Notes under the pieces: generated by a model
What the model was told of the DNA's origin: nothing
The model's input: the letters and a program-made list of their open reading frames with translations, nothing else
Databases searched by the model: none
Shown: piece by piece, positions 1-10,135 of the stretch
How positions within the stretch are numbered: position 1 is the stretch's first letter
Layout of the letters: the number at the start of each line of letters is the position of its first letter
Program-made: the position numbers and the translations under genes
Origin: an uncultured virus (IMG/VR IMGVR_UViG_3300035208_003294)
Taxonomy: Duplodnaviria; Heunggongvirae; Uroviricota; Caudoviricetes
Direction: 5' to 3' (one strand)
Virus record (IMG/VR): IMGVR_UViG_3300035208_003294
DNA length: 64,000 bases

Positions 1-812
1 CCAATTAATGCTTTTTTGTTTTCTTCGAAACCTCGCGAAGCATTTATTGGGGGCCATACCAGATCGTCTCTGTTGTACTGGGGTTTGGTATCTATCTGGA
101 TCCTCTTCACTGGCTTGGTTATGCCATGCGCACGCTCATATGCCCCAACAACATCGTTGTATCCGCTCTCGCCCTCTACCCATTTGATGTAATCCTCGTC
201 AGACATGCCGTACTTCTTTGGCGGTTTGGCCTTCGGATGCATCTTCCTCATTAAGTCATAGTAACTTCTTCGCTTGGCCGAGCTCGGCCCATCAGGCTTC
301 TTAGCCTTCTTCGCTTTTGCTTGCTTCGGTGCCATTTTTCTTACCATTGATTCGTGCTCCTCGATCTTTTTTTGGAGTTCGTCAGGCAATCGTGTCACTC
401 CCTCGATCTTCAGAGTCCCCGCTACAAGACCTTCTTCAAGAACTTGTTTATCGATGTTGATAGTTGAACCATTAGAGAACTCTATAGTGTGACGCTCCTC
501 TGTCTCTATTCCGTCGTCACTCGGGATCTCGCCTTTTCCCTCGCAATCAACTCCTTCATCGAAAGACTCGTCTTCTTCCTCCGGCTCTTCCGGATCAGAA
601 CAAGCCCCGGCATGAATACGCCTGATAGCTATCACTTTAGTATCAGTCTCGTACAGCTCATACTCGCCGCGCTCCCTACACATTTTCTTGACGTCGTGAA
701 GCGCCACATCAGTCTGGTTCTTGTAATGGTCCCTTGAAAGCCCGACCAATGTTGGGATAAGGTTCTGCGCCAGCTTGCCCCTCACCCATGAACTGATATC
801 TTCAGAGTCCAT
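1..812 (-). CDS. Hypothetical protein, 3'-truncated at window edge (acidic middle, basic PKQAKAKK segment)
   Basis: Manual translation from ATG at 812 (MDSEDISSW...RGFEENKKALIG) stays open to position 1; missing from the ORF track because it has no stop in the window. Confidence 0.75.
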   Translation of the reverse strand, partial: MDSEDISSWVRGKLAQNLIPTLVGLSRDHYKNQTDVALHDVKKMCRERGEYELYETDTKVIAIRRIHAGACSDPEEPEEEDESFDEGVDCEGKGEIPSDDGIETEERHTIEFSNGSTINIDKQVLEEGLVAGTLKIEGVTRLPDELQKKIEEHESMVRKMAPKQAKAKKAKKPDGPSSAKRRSYYDLMRKMHPKAKPPKKYGMSDEDYIKWVEGESGYNDVVGAYERAHGITKPVKRIQIDTKPQYNRDDLVWPPINASRGFEENKKALI

Positions 813-814
813 CT

Positions 815-1042
815 TCAGGCCCCCTCTGCCAATATCGCTCCAAGAACGTTGATGACGCGTTCTAGTTCTATTAATTTAGTTGCTATGCGAGTTAGAGTAT
901 CAACATCTATTTCGCTCTTAAGCTCTTTTTGAAGAATTCTGATTCCCGAAAGTATCAGCTCTTCACGTTCCCCCCTGAAAATTGCTAATCGCTGATTTAT
1001 ATCCTTCAGCAGATGATCTTGGTAACTATTATTAGTTTCCAT
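815..1042 (-). CDS. Small helical protein, paralogous to the C-terminus of 1032..1541
   Basis: ELERVINVLGAILAE vs ELDRVINVLSASLTE. Confidence 0.7.
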   Translation of the reverse strand: METNNSYQDHLLKDINQRLAIFRGEREELILSGIRILQKELKSEIDVDTLTRIATKLIELERVINVLGAILAEGA

Positions 1043-1541
1043 TGTTGTTCCCCCATTCAGTTAAGCTAGCTGACAGGACGTTGATAACGCGATCAAGCTC
1101 GCAGAATTCCCTCACGGCGGCCATGTGCAGCTGGATATCTGATTCCGTTTTATTAGGATCGTTTAGAATTGCTTCCCTCTTGGTTTTTGCTTTTGCCTGG
1201 GCTTCTTTGAAAACCGATATCTTCCTCCGGATTATATCTGCCAGGGAATTTTGCTCATCATAACTCCTATTTGGCTCCCACGTTACTTTTTCAAATTCCT
1301 TGAAGAAAGAAAAGAAATCTTCGGTTGCTGCCTTCGCAGTAATGTAAGCCGCTTTGGTCCCGGCAATTATCGATTCATCGGCGGTCAGGAACAGTTCATT
1401 CTCGCGGAACTTCCTTGGTCCGTCAACGCGATATCTCTCTTCAACCACGTAAACCGTAGTTGCATCAAACTCAATGCCTTTGACCGTTCCTTCCCTTCCG
1501 TTAATAGTCCAAATCAAATCTCCGACCTTGTATTTTGTCAT
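1032..1541 (-). CDS. Hypothetical protein with N-terminal SH3-like KYKVGD module
   Basis: MTKYKVGDLIW..GTVKGI..YVVE pattern followed by a helical region. Confidence 0.7.
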   Translation of the reverse strand: MTKYKVGDLIWTINGREGTVKGIEFDATTVYVVEERYRVDGPRKFRENELFLTADESIIAGTKAAYITAKAATEDFFSFFKEFEKVTWEPNRSYDEQNSLADIIRRKISVFKEAQAKAKTKREAILNDPNKTESDIQLHMAAVREFCELDRVINVLSASLTEWGNNNGN

Positions 1542-2779
1542 CTGTTATCACCTGAAAATATGATCCGTAGTCTAATGCGCCCCCGTCCCCAATTTTCTAT
1601 AAGCTCAAACTATGATGTCGATACCGATTGATTTTGCTGCCCGAAAATATTTTGTATAGAACTAAAATTACTTCCAATATTGATAAGGATATTTGAGTAT
1701 AAAAAGCACCAAAGTCTTCACTCTAGTGCAAAGCTGTCAATTTTTGACTGGCCCCCCCGGCTAGCGTTCTGAAGAAAGGTTTTGTTCCAATCTGCTGCCG
1801 CAAGAGAAACAAGCCCATTTGGTGCCAACTGGCACATCAAATTCGTATAAGACCTCCCGGCTGAAAGGAACATCTCTGGCAAGTGCCAGGTTCTCCTGTC
1901 CTCGTGGCCCCGTAGGTTCCTTTAGGCAAAACGCGCCCATCTAACCGGCGGCCCAGAGTAGCCGCAAGAACAAGGCAAAGTCATCAGTTGAATACTTTCC
2001 CATCCCGGTATTAAAAGCCCTCAGTTCCCTTGGTCCAGGCCCGACACAAAAAAATTTTTTGCCCCCCCCCCAGCCCCAACGCTACCCCGTAGGCAATCAT
2101 GGCATAAAAACCCAACAAATGAATCCTTCCCTTGAATAATGTTCAAGGCTTTAGAAAATTGATCCCGCGCGGAAGAGGCACCCATTCCTTATTTATATAT
2201 AATCTTCTTTTTTTTATGGGGGGGGATACGTGTGTATACTCCCTCCCTCAGGGGTGGCGTCTTTTGTTGTGTATGCGTCATCCCTTGTGTGTGCTATGTG
2301 TCACCTGATAGAGATAGCGATTAGGTAGCGTCTTGTCCTTGTGTGCTGGTCGCGCCGCGCTGTGACATGCTCTTATATGAGGGGGTGGATGGCTTTTTAA
2401 GCCATGCCTGAAGGCACTTCTCCAAAACCATTTGACTACAGTCATCCTTTAGGACTTCTCTCCTTGAAGTATACTATTCTTCATTCAGTATTCCCCGGTT
2501 AACATACGGAAAACATTGTTAAAAAATTTAAAAATTTAAAATACCGAACAGGTATAGTAGGTATTTTATGTCACATCCGTGCCAGTTCTTTTTTTTAAAA
2601 AAAAGAAAGTCATTGACTCGTGGCTGGCTCCGGTGCGATGTGCTCCTTAAGAAGTGTCTCTTATCGGAGGCGTTCCATGTGACTCGGAAAGTTAAATTCG
2701 GGTTATTCGTTTGATACTCACCGCAACCGCTTTAAGACGCTTGTGCTTAACCTCCACTTTCCTATACAATAAAAGACAT

Positions 2780-3395
2780 TGTCAGGGGAACTGCTTGTTC
2801 CCCCTGATGGTCTAAAGACCATGCCCTTCGGGCAACCCCATAGCCAACGTTCGGTCGTTGGATCCCCGTGGTAGTCTGAATGAATTCCCAGAGGAATTCA
2901 TGAAGACAATAGGATGATAAGGATGCGATCCTATTCATCCTTTCATGCCTTTGTTAGAAACTAAATCCATGGGGAAAAAAAAGAACGTTCACCATGAGCG
3001 GTGAACGTCTTCGTGTGTGTAGCACTTCTTTAGAAGAGACTCGAAAGTCTCTGTTGTCTCGTTGTTCTCGTTCATGTCCATTGCCGTTGCAGGCAAGCAA
3101 ATTGGTGTTTCCATCACTAAGAGTGTGGAAACCCAATTTGCCGCAAATGAATCGTTCTAGTTCCTAGACCCTTTCATGCGGCGGTAAGAAGCACAAATGG
3201 ATTGGCGTCTTCCGGCCGACAGGGCTTAAGTCCCGACGAGGGACTTTATGCCCTGGCGCCTATGAACCCAATCCGCAACATAGGGCCTGACAGCAAGGGG
3301 TACTGGCTCCGACTCTGGAGGAGCCATACGCTCATGCAACGATCTGTCTTTGAGCCGCGTTCATGCAGGCCCATGGTCTTTTCGTTAAAGACCTT
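2780..3395 (+). ncRNA. Candidate large structured non-coding RNA
   Basis: Dense nested inverted repeats with no credible ORF, e.g. GCAAATTGG/CCAATTTGC, GGATTGG/CCAATCC, CAGGGC/GCCCTG, GGGCCTG/CAGGCCC; TTCG loops on + strand; strand tentative. Confidence 0.5.
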
Positions 3396-3551
3396 GATTC
3401 TTCTATATCATCTAATAAATATATCCGAATAGGCGTATGTGATTTAAAGAATGAAATCCTAAGTATTACTTGAAGTCCTATGAACGGATTTCACTTCCCG
3501 CCTCTCCAAATCCTCTTGAACTTCTGGGAGTTCAAGGGGGTTGGAAGGCTC

Positions 3552-3920
3552 TTATGATTTTCTTGGATCCCATTCAGACTCGTCCTTTGGAGTGGTTTTC
3601 TTGGGGGAGTCTGGTTTGTCTCCAGCAGATAAACTCTTGATGAGTATCCTTAGAGTTGAAGTATCTTCTGCTATCTCGTCGAGTTTTGAAAGCTTCTTCT
3701 CAATCGCGGCAAGACGTTCATCTTGTCCCTGGTTCATAGAACCTCCCTTTAAAGTATTATATATATCTGCAAGAATCTTCTCAACCTGATTGTCGCTTGT
3801 TATATCTGCAAGCTCCTGGGGCGTGAGAATCTCGACTTCGTCCCCGATCTTATAGTCCTTCCTTGAAAGGCTCAAGTGCAGGCCCCCTTGTCCATACGCT
3901 TTAACTGTATACTTTTTCAT
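3552..3920 (-). CDS. AbrB/DUF2080-like swapped-hairpin DNA-binding protein with coiled coil
   Basis: KKYTVKAYGQGGLHLSLSRKDYKIGDEVEIL; own TATA box upstream. Confidence 0.55.
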   Translation of the reverse strand: MKKYTVKAYGQGGLHLSLSRKDYKIGDEVEILTPQELADITSDNQVEKILADIYNTLKGGSMNQGQDERLAAIEKKLSKLDEIAEDTSTLRILIKSLSAGDKPDSPKKTTPKDESEWDPRKS

Positions 3921-3942
3921 AGTAATAATTAGATTTCTAAAC

Positions 3943-3950
3943 TATTTAAA
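3943..3950 (-). promoter_or_regulatory. Archaeal TATA box (TTTAAATA) for a probably leaderless transcript of 3552..3920
   Basis: TTTAAATA 23-30 nt upstream of the ATG at 3920. Confidence 0.55.
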
Positions 3951-4439
3951 TTAGATATCTAATTATTTCCTTACTAGATGTCTAATTAGACATAATGAGA
4001 AAAATAGTTAGATAAGTAGTAATCTAACAAGGACATAATAAGATTAATAATTAGATAGACGAGAAGGTTTCACACCCAAATTCACTTCGATCACACAAGG
4101 AATTTGAAAGATATCAGGGAAAAGAGACAACAACTCTAGGGGTAATCCTGCCCCTAAGACCCCAGGAATGGGGGCATGTAATCCCTGCCCCATTAAGCCC
4201 CATAGATAAGAGGTAGTCAATAAGACATCGATTGATTAAGCCCTATGAAGTACCCTAAATAAGACGTAGAATTTCAGTTATAGAATAAGATAGTTTAAGG
4301 CAATAGTAACAGGTTAATAGAAGCAATAGCAATAGAATAGAGTGAAAGCATAGATGAGTTGAAGTAGAAAGACGTAGCAGTAGACGATAAGAGATAGATA
4401 AGGTGAGGGTGGTAAATAAGACGAACAGACGGAAGGCAA

Positions 4440-4925
4440 CGGGGGACTGTGGGGAACGGCGTTCTGGTTCCGTGTGTAGTCTAGTGTGCCCTCGGGGCAT
4501 CTACGGATTTCGTATCCGTAAAGATGCCTGTAGGCATGAATAACACAACGTCGCGTTGGGGATAGACGACGACGTTCCGTATTAACGTTATACTCCTTAT
4601 GTTGTTTGCTTGGATGGACGTTGCTGTATAAGAAGGGGTTATCTATTTGTTGTGGTATCTTGTTCGTTTGGTACGGTCTTTATTCTGTTATCTTCGAAAG
4701 TCTTGTAGTTGTCGTGGCTTCTAGTTCTGAAGACTAGCCTTCGGGCTAGACCTGCCCTTGAAGGGCACCTAAATGGTTTTGCTTATCTTCTGATATGGCA
4801 GGTACCCGGGCCGATGCGAAGCATGCCACGCTGGCACTCTGGAGGCCCGGATCGCTCACAGGATTTCAACGACTTCATGCCCTTTATACTGGGCATCCTT
4901 TCGTTAAAGTCTTAGTCCTGGAATC
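4440..4925 (+). ncRNA. Second candidate structured non-coding RNA
   Basis: GGCATCT-ACGGAT/ATCCGT-AGATGCC, CTAGCC-TTCG-GGCTAG, CCGGGCC/GGCCCGG enclosing two hairpins, ATGCCC/GGGCAT. Confidence 0.4.
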
Positions 4926-4935
4926 GAACGTTCCA

Positions 4936-5313
4936 TTACAGGAACGTGATAGCACGCCCGATGGACTGGGCGTGCCGAATCGTAGATTCCGTTCCGCCTC
5001 TGCGGTCGGGGGCTGGGAGAGCGATGAGAACGTCGCAACCCTCAGCGATACGTTTGTTCCTGGCGTAGTAACGCTCACATAGTTCCTTATAAGGCAACGT
5101 AGAAGCGCCTACTAAATCAGGGTAATGAATCATGATAGGAATCTTATAGAGATACGCAAGGTACTCGGCAAAGTAATCAGCGCCTGAAGGACAGCCGCCC
5201 GAAACAAGTTGGATGTCTCCTTGTGTGTAGTGCCTACGCAGATGCTTATGGAGAATCTGAAAGTCTCTGTCGCTGGTGCGCTTGCGACTGCCGACGATGC
5301 CGATGCGAATCAT
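4936..5313 (-). CDS. SLOG superfamily (DprA/Smf/YspA-like) nucleotide-binding protein
   Basis: IGIVGSR, VSGGCPSGAD, RNKRIA, GGTESTI motifs. Confidence 0.85.
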   Translation of the reverse strand: MIRIGIVGSRKRTSDRDFQILHKHLRRHYTQGDIQLVSGGCPSGADYFAEYLAYLYKIPIMIHYPDLVGASTLPYKELCERYYARNKRIAEGCDVLIALPAPDRRGGTESTIRHAQSIGRAITFL

Positions 5314-5561
5314 TGTGAAACCTCACCAGAGTCCATAGTAGAGTGTGGCAATTTCCTTACTTGCTCAACAAGTGTAAGAGCCCTGCCCGTAGACTTGCGT
5401 GTGCAGAACGCCAAGATAGCGTTCCTCTCGTCCTGGTACGACTGACCATCGACGTACCTCTTTACTGCCCTTTGTGATGTGGTTGTTTTTTCCATGATTA
5501 ACATGAAAGGAAAAAACAAACACCACAAATGGATCGTCTTGATGCAGGCTAGACCATTCAT
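5310..5561 (-). CDS. Hypothetical protein (true start probably 5495)
   Basis: ORF coupled to the downstream gene by an ATGA overlap. Confidence 0.45.
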   Translation of the reverse strand: MNGLACIKTIHLWCLFFPFMLIMEKTTTSQRAVKRYVDGQSYQDERNAILAFCTRKSTGRALTLVEQVRKLPHSTMDSGEVSQ

Positions 5562-5584
5562 GCGTATCTCTCTAAAGACACAAA

Positions 5585-5655
5585 GCCCCGACCGGCTTAA
5601 GTGCCGATGCCCGCAGGCACCCGAAGGGCCGAGTCCGAAGGACGAGGTCGGGACT
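5585..5655 (-). ncRNA. Compact multi-hairpin RNA element with two C(UUCG)G tetraloops
   Basis: Minus strand CCCGACC...GGTCGGG closes GTCC-TTCG-GAC, CCC-TTCG-GG, TGCC-TGCG-GGCA. Confidence 0.45.
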
Positions 5656-6081
5656 TATGCCGGGAATGCGATTCAGCATTAGGGGCGACGCGTCATTAGG
5701 CTGGTTGCTCTATGGCTCCTTCTCCCTATAGATGTATTTCTTCTTGTCGCCTGTAGACCAGCGTAGACCACAATAAGACTTGTAATCGTTCAATGCGTCT
5801 ATCTGTGCGTCACGCTCGGCGTCCGATGTGTATGCCCTTACTCTATCGTAGAAAGTCATTGTAGTGGTAATGGTCTAATCACCGTAGAACTGAAGGACTG
5901 GAAACAGCCCTACGATGATTAGCCACGTTCTTGAATGCCCCTTGGGCGTTTTACTTGTGAGTTTCATTTTGAATGAATGGTTGATAAGGGGCGGGGGATT
6001 GCCCCGTTCTCCCTTATCTTCTCGCCGTGCTGAATACCTGCACTATGCCTATCAACAAGATAAAGCATAGTTCAAAGGGAA

Positions 6082-7467
6082 TCAAACACTCACCTCCATG
6101 TCTGCGTTATCTGCAAGACAGTTGACAGAGGAATCAACTTTCTTGCATGGGCTGTAGCCTATGGACTTGACTGGTGTCGTCGGTTTCGTTGGATGCTCTG
6201 ATGTAACGGGCGTCGCATTCGCTATCGTTATCTCGAACATGGGTTCGTCGAGAACGATGTCATGCTTTATCGCACCGTAGATGATGTCTTCGACTTGCTG
6301 TGCATATCCTTCGTCGTCCATGCTTAACGGGTTTGCTGGATAGTTCGGGTTGTCGTCGTGCTTGTCATTGATGAAAGCCCTTGTCTCCCGCTTGTGCGCC
6401 CTGCGTGTAAGGTGATGCGGTTCTTTCTGCGCCCTGTCCAAGTCGATGTCTTCGCTGTAGTAGTGACCGACTTTGCCCGCGTCTTCCTGTAGACTAAAGC
6501 GCTTGCTTTCAACGCTGTCGAGTATAGCGTTCTTCTCGTCGTCGGTGACGTCTATTCTGTGGACGCTGTCCATGGATACACTGATGCTATGATGCTCTAC
6601 GGCGTTGCTGTCTTCGTCGTTGCCTGTGGACATGATGAGTGTCGTCTGTATCTTCGAGCCTTCGCTGTCTGCTTGGATGCTCTTTAAGAGGTTATCCCTT
6701 CGGGCACCGCTCTTGGAGTAGACTGCGTAGTCGAGTCTCTCACGCTTTTCTCGTGCCTGTGGCAAGATGTATTTCGTCTTGACTATCCACGAGTGCGCTT
6801 GGCTCGTTGGTATCTCTTCAGGATAGTGTCTATCGCATGCGACGGTATAAGCGTAGATGCCGTATGCCTCTTTGTATGGGCATTGAATAGTTGCCGTTCC
6901 CGTAGACGATAGCACGGTGGTTTTCGCACCGCAACGTAGTTCTAATCGTCGAGTGGAGCCGTTCACGCTAGTATGTGGCGTTATGATTTCGCCACATTCG
7001 GGGCACTTGGGTTGGTTATAAACGCCCGCTTTAAGTAGTCGCTCGTCGAGTAGACGTAGCCCGTTCGAGTCCTTACGAACATAGGCGCATAACTGTCCCC
7101 TGTGTTGCCACAAAGTGCTCACGCCGTTGATGCGTGGTGAGAACATAAACTTGCCTTCGTCTACTTTTACGAGTCCTTCAATATTGAAATCCTCAAAGCG
7201 TTCGTAGTTCTTTGATTCCTTCGCTGGCTTGTAGCCTGTCGTCGGGAGTATGCGCTGATACTCCTGTAAAGCCGAACACCGTTTGGTGTCGGGCTTGTAG
7301 TCGTATTCAAGATTCTCGGTGACGCTTGAGGCATAGCCTAAAGCGTTCTTCACACACTCGCCCTGCTTGTTGCGGGCGTTTCCGTATCTATCCTTTTTCA
7401 TTTTTACAGCGTTGATGCAAACCCTTGGTTTGCTTGTTGATTTAGAAGAACTCGATTTGTGTTCCAT
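6082..7467 (-). CDS. Uncharacterised protein (~460 aa) with a Zn-ribbon-like CPECG motif
   Basis: Long ORF; start chosen at the TAAAATG junction (7467) rather than 7518. Confidence 0.75.
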   Translation of the reverse strand: MEHKSSSSKSTSKPRVCINAVKMKKDRYGNARNKQGECVKNALGYASSVTENLEYDYKPDTKRCSALQEYQRILPTTGYKPAKESKNYERFEDFNIEGLVKVDEGKFMFSPRINGVSTLWQHRGQLCAYVRKDSNGLRLLDERLLKAGVYNQPKCPECGEIITPHTSVNGSTRRLELRCGAKTTVLSSTGTATIQCPYKEAYGIYAYTVACDRHYPEEIPTSQAHSWIVKTKYILPQAREKRERLDYAVYSKSGARRDNLLKSIQADSEGSKIQTTLIMSTGNDEDSNAVEHHSISVSMDSVHRIDVTDDEKNAILDSVESKRFSLQEDAGKVGHYYSEDIDLDRAQKEPHHLTRRAHKRETRAFINDKHDDNPNYPANPLSMDDEGYAQQVEDIIYGAIKHDIVLDEPMFEITIANATPVTSEHPTKPTTPVKSIGYSPCKKVDSSVNCLADNADMEVSV

Positions 7468-7468
7468 T

Positions 7469-7627
7469 TTAATCGGTTCCGTAGTCCCGTTGCCAGATTG
7501 CTCGTTCATCATTCGCAAACTGTTTCATTCTCAACGACGCAACTTTAGCGTCATAACGTGGAACGCGAACAATGGTCTGCAACTCCACTACCTGTGTGCC
7601 CTCTCTGGCGGTCATCCTTTTTTCCAT
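7469..7627 (-). CDS. Small hypothetical protein (MEKRMTARE...)
   Basis: AAAATG start; its stop abuts the next start as TAAAATG. Confidence 0.55.
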   Translation of the reverse strand: MEKRMTAREGTQVVELQTIVRVPRYDAKVASLRMKQFANDERAIWQRDYGTD

Positions 7628-7648
7628 TTTCTTTGGCTGACGGATTTC

Positions 7649-7697
7649 CCCGGCTTCGGGCAGGGATGTTCTTTTTGCGCGTCTGCCCGAAGCCGGG
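7649..7697. repeat. Perfect 15-bp inverted repeat
   Basis: CCCGGCTTCGGGCAG (7649-7663) / CTGCCCGAAGCCGGG (7683-7697). Confidence 0.9.
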
Positions 7698-8443
7698 TTG
7701 CCCCTTAAATACGCCGGATTTACATGCTCTTTATGCAAGCGTATTTATGGGGCGAAATCCCTTATGTGTATGGAAAAAAGGATGTAAAATTCCATACCCA
7801 TTCTCAGCAGTGAGGTTCGGATGACTGATGTTATTCAGGTTATGGATGCGTTGGATCGTCTTGATGCGATCACAACGTAGAAGTCGTGGGACGGGGCAAC
7901 GTATTCTTTACGTTCTTTCAGATACCCCGTTCCCGATGATTAAGATTAACTCCGTTCCTTACGTCCGTAGATTACGTCCGTAGTATTCGGAAGGTCTGAA
8001 CCACAATGCAGTTGCTTGTATGGTTCCCTGATCCTTGAGATAATCTGAAAGCCTGGTAGCGGCTTCGTTGTAGCCCATTAATTTTAAGCGGTTAATTACG
8101 TCCGTAATCGTAGCTTCTGTTTTCATTTTCTTGGTTTATACTGGCTTCCCTTGATGCAACGATCGCAGTAGTTTACACACTCTCCTTCCGGTTCTATCGC
8201 TAGTGATAGAGAGATACATTTGAGACCCTCTTTATAACAGGTATTAGAAACCCTGTTTTGAATGTAGTCGTCCATTTTATAGAATTATGATTTCCTCTAC
8301 GTTGTCTCCAGTAAGATATTCAATTGTCGGTCTGTGATCTCCAATTGGAATAACTAAAGCGTGGATGTATTCTATTTCTCCACTCGTTTTCCTAATTGCA
8401 ATATCTATGTAGTCCATAGCAGAAAATTAGAAGGGCGCAATTC

Positions 8444-8821
8444 TTACGCCTTCTTCGCATACTTGGACTTGAATCCTGTCTTTGGTGCCTCGGCCTTGGG
8501 CGCCTCCTTGGCTGGCATGGGTTCACCGTCCATGACTATCTTCCCGATCTTGCCGGTCGATAGCTGAAGCTCTCCCTTGTAGTCCTTGCACCAGCCCTTG
8601 ACGAGCGTGAACTTGTCTCCGCATTTCAGCTTGTTTACGTCCGTATTCCAGAGCGTGAACGTGCACTCATTCTCTGCTGCGTCTGCGACTCGTAGGTTCT
8701 GCATCTGCCCTTCGCCTCTGAAGTTGGTGAAGGTCTTAACTTCATTCACTGCCAGGACAGTCAACGACATTTCATCAACTGCCTTGTTTCCCTCAATTCC
8801 GTCTAACGTTTGGTTTGCCAT
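8444..8821 (-). CDS. ssb: Single OB-fold ssDNA-binding protein (archaeal SSB/RPA-like)
   Basis: NLRVAD..CTFTLWN...GD....GW.K.YKGELQLSTGKIG, the archaeal SSB pattern. Confidence 0.85.
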   Translation of the reverse strand: MANQTLDGIEGNKAVDEMSLTVLAVNEVKTFTNFRGEGQMQNLRVADAAENECTFTLWNTDVNKLKCGDKFTLVKGWCKDYKGELQLSTGKIGKIVMDGEPMPAKEAPKAEAPKTGFKSKYAKKA

Positions 8822-9389
8822 TTTACTTATTGTATTTTATTTTGTTTGAATTGAAGAAATCTAATCGGGTTCATTAAGTATCCGTAAGTAATCCTGGTAC
8901 TTTGCCTGTAGTCGTTCTATCTCCTTAGGCGACTTTATTCTATGAGTTTTATGGTCTTTGAATCCTTCAAGCTTTTTCGTATAAGCTCTTTATATTCTTT
9001 CACTATCTCTGGAACTTCGAATTCAGAATCAATGGTGATCTGAACAGTTGAATATCCAAGACTGGAATGATGTTCCGTTCTTATTATCTCTTTCATTTTT
9101 AGATTAATCGAAAGCCACTCAGCTGATCAAGCTGGTGGCCGTCGCTCTTGTTAGCGGCTTCGTTGGCTCATCGGATTCATACGACGTCAGCAAGGCATTC
9201 GTCATCCTTTAAGTTTCCGCATCTAAAGGTCTCAGGATTTGTCTTGTACAAGAACTTGAGTTCTCTTGGTAGAAGACTTACCTTCCATGCTTTCCTGCAG
9301 GAATATGAATATTGGTCATGGCAGAGTTTGCATCTGCAACCTCCCAGTCAGAGCCTCTTCGGTTATACTGCCCGTCGACAGGCATAGCC

Positions 9390-10080
9390 CTAGTGCGCAC
9401 GTCGGGCTCTGGATGCGATTTGCATTCATTCCCCTTATCCGGTATTATCTGGAATGAACTCCGTCTATGCGGGCCGCTTCATGACCATATGAATATTTGG
9501 ACCCGTGCCTTTTGAGGGGCACCTGTAGTGTCTCTTTTAGGATACGCCTTCTCAGGCTTTCGGTGGCTGCGCTTGCCTCGATTCATCCAACTTGGTGTTA
9601 TCAACAGCGTTCACAATGGAACTGCGGGTCCGTATGAAAATCCTGGGGACTCGTGAGCGTAGATAGTTATCTGCGTCTATTTGCTCGGGGCTTTTTACTT
9701 GCTTCGCTTGCTCACTCGTCATGTCTGTGATCCAATTTCCAAATTTAGTTTAAGGGGTTAAGCTGGCCTAAGGTTAGATGCCCACGGCTCTACAGAGGTC
9801 TCTGCTCTAACCCTCTTAACCCCAGCTAGCTATGAGAGTTGGACTCATATCTCCGGTAACTTACCGTTCATCCAAACTAGCATAGAAGGCCCGACAGGAG
9901 TCCTAATGTGCCAACATTCGTATCCTGTCCGCGACCGTATTTATTCAAACCCAAAAGAAATCAATTGATTCCTTAAGGACTCTGCAAGTAAAAGATTAAC
10001 TCGTCACCTTTTACCAAATCTTCTTCATAGGCACAACGAATCACTTGATGGATTCTGTTTCTGTGCTCTGGTGCGCTCTT
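9390..10080. ncRNA. Candidate structured ncRNA or cluster of small multibranch RNAs
   Basis: GGGGTTAAG/CTTAACCCC enclosing GGTTAGA/TCTAACC and CAGAG/CTCTG; GCTAG/CTAGC enclosing TATGAG/CTCATA and CGGTAA/TTACCG; GACAGGA/TCCTGTC; GGACCCG/CGGGTCC. Confidence 0.5.
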
Positions 10081-10135
10081 GTAGATTTCCTTCATTCGAT
10101 ATCCGAATACCTTATCTGAAATCTCTTCTGTCATT

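Noticed and set aside
9170..9390. GCRCKLC-containing reading frame as an intron-split or recoded gene
   Set aside because: No in-frame start, with TGA and TAA just upstream; no convincing bulge-helix-bulge seen; may be a gene remnant
9390..10080. RNase P RNA, SRP RNA or group I intron
   Set aside because: Their conserved sequence hallmarks were not found by eye on either strand
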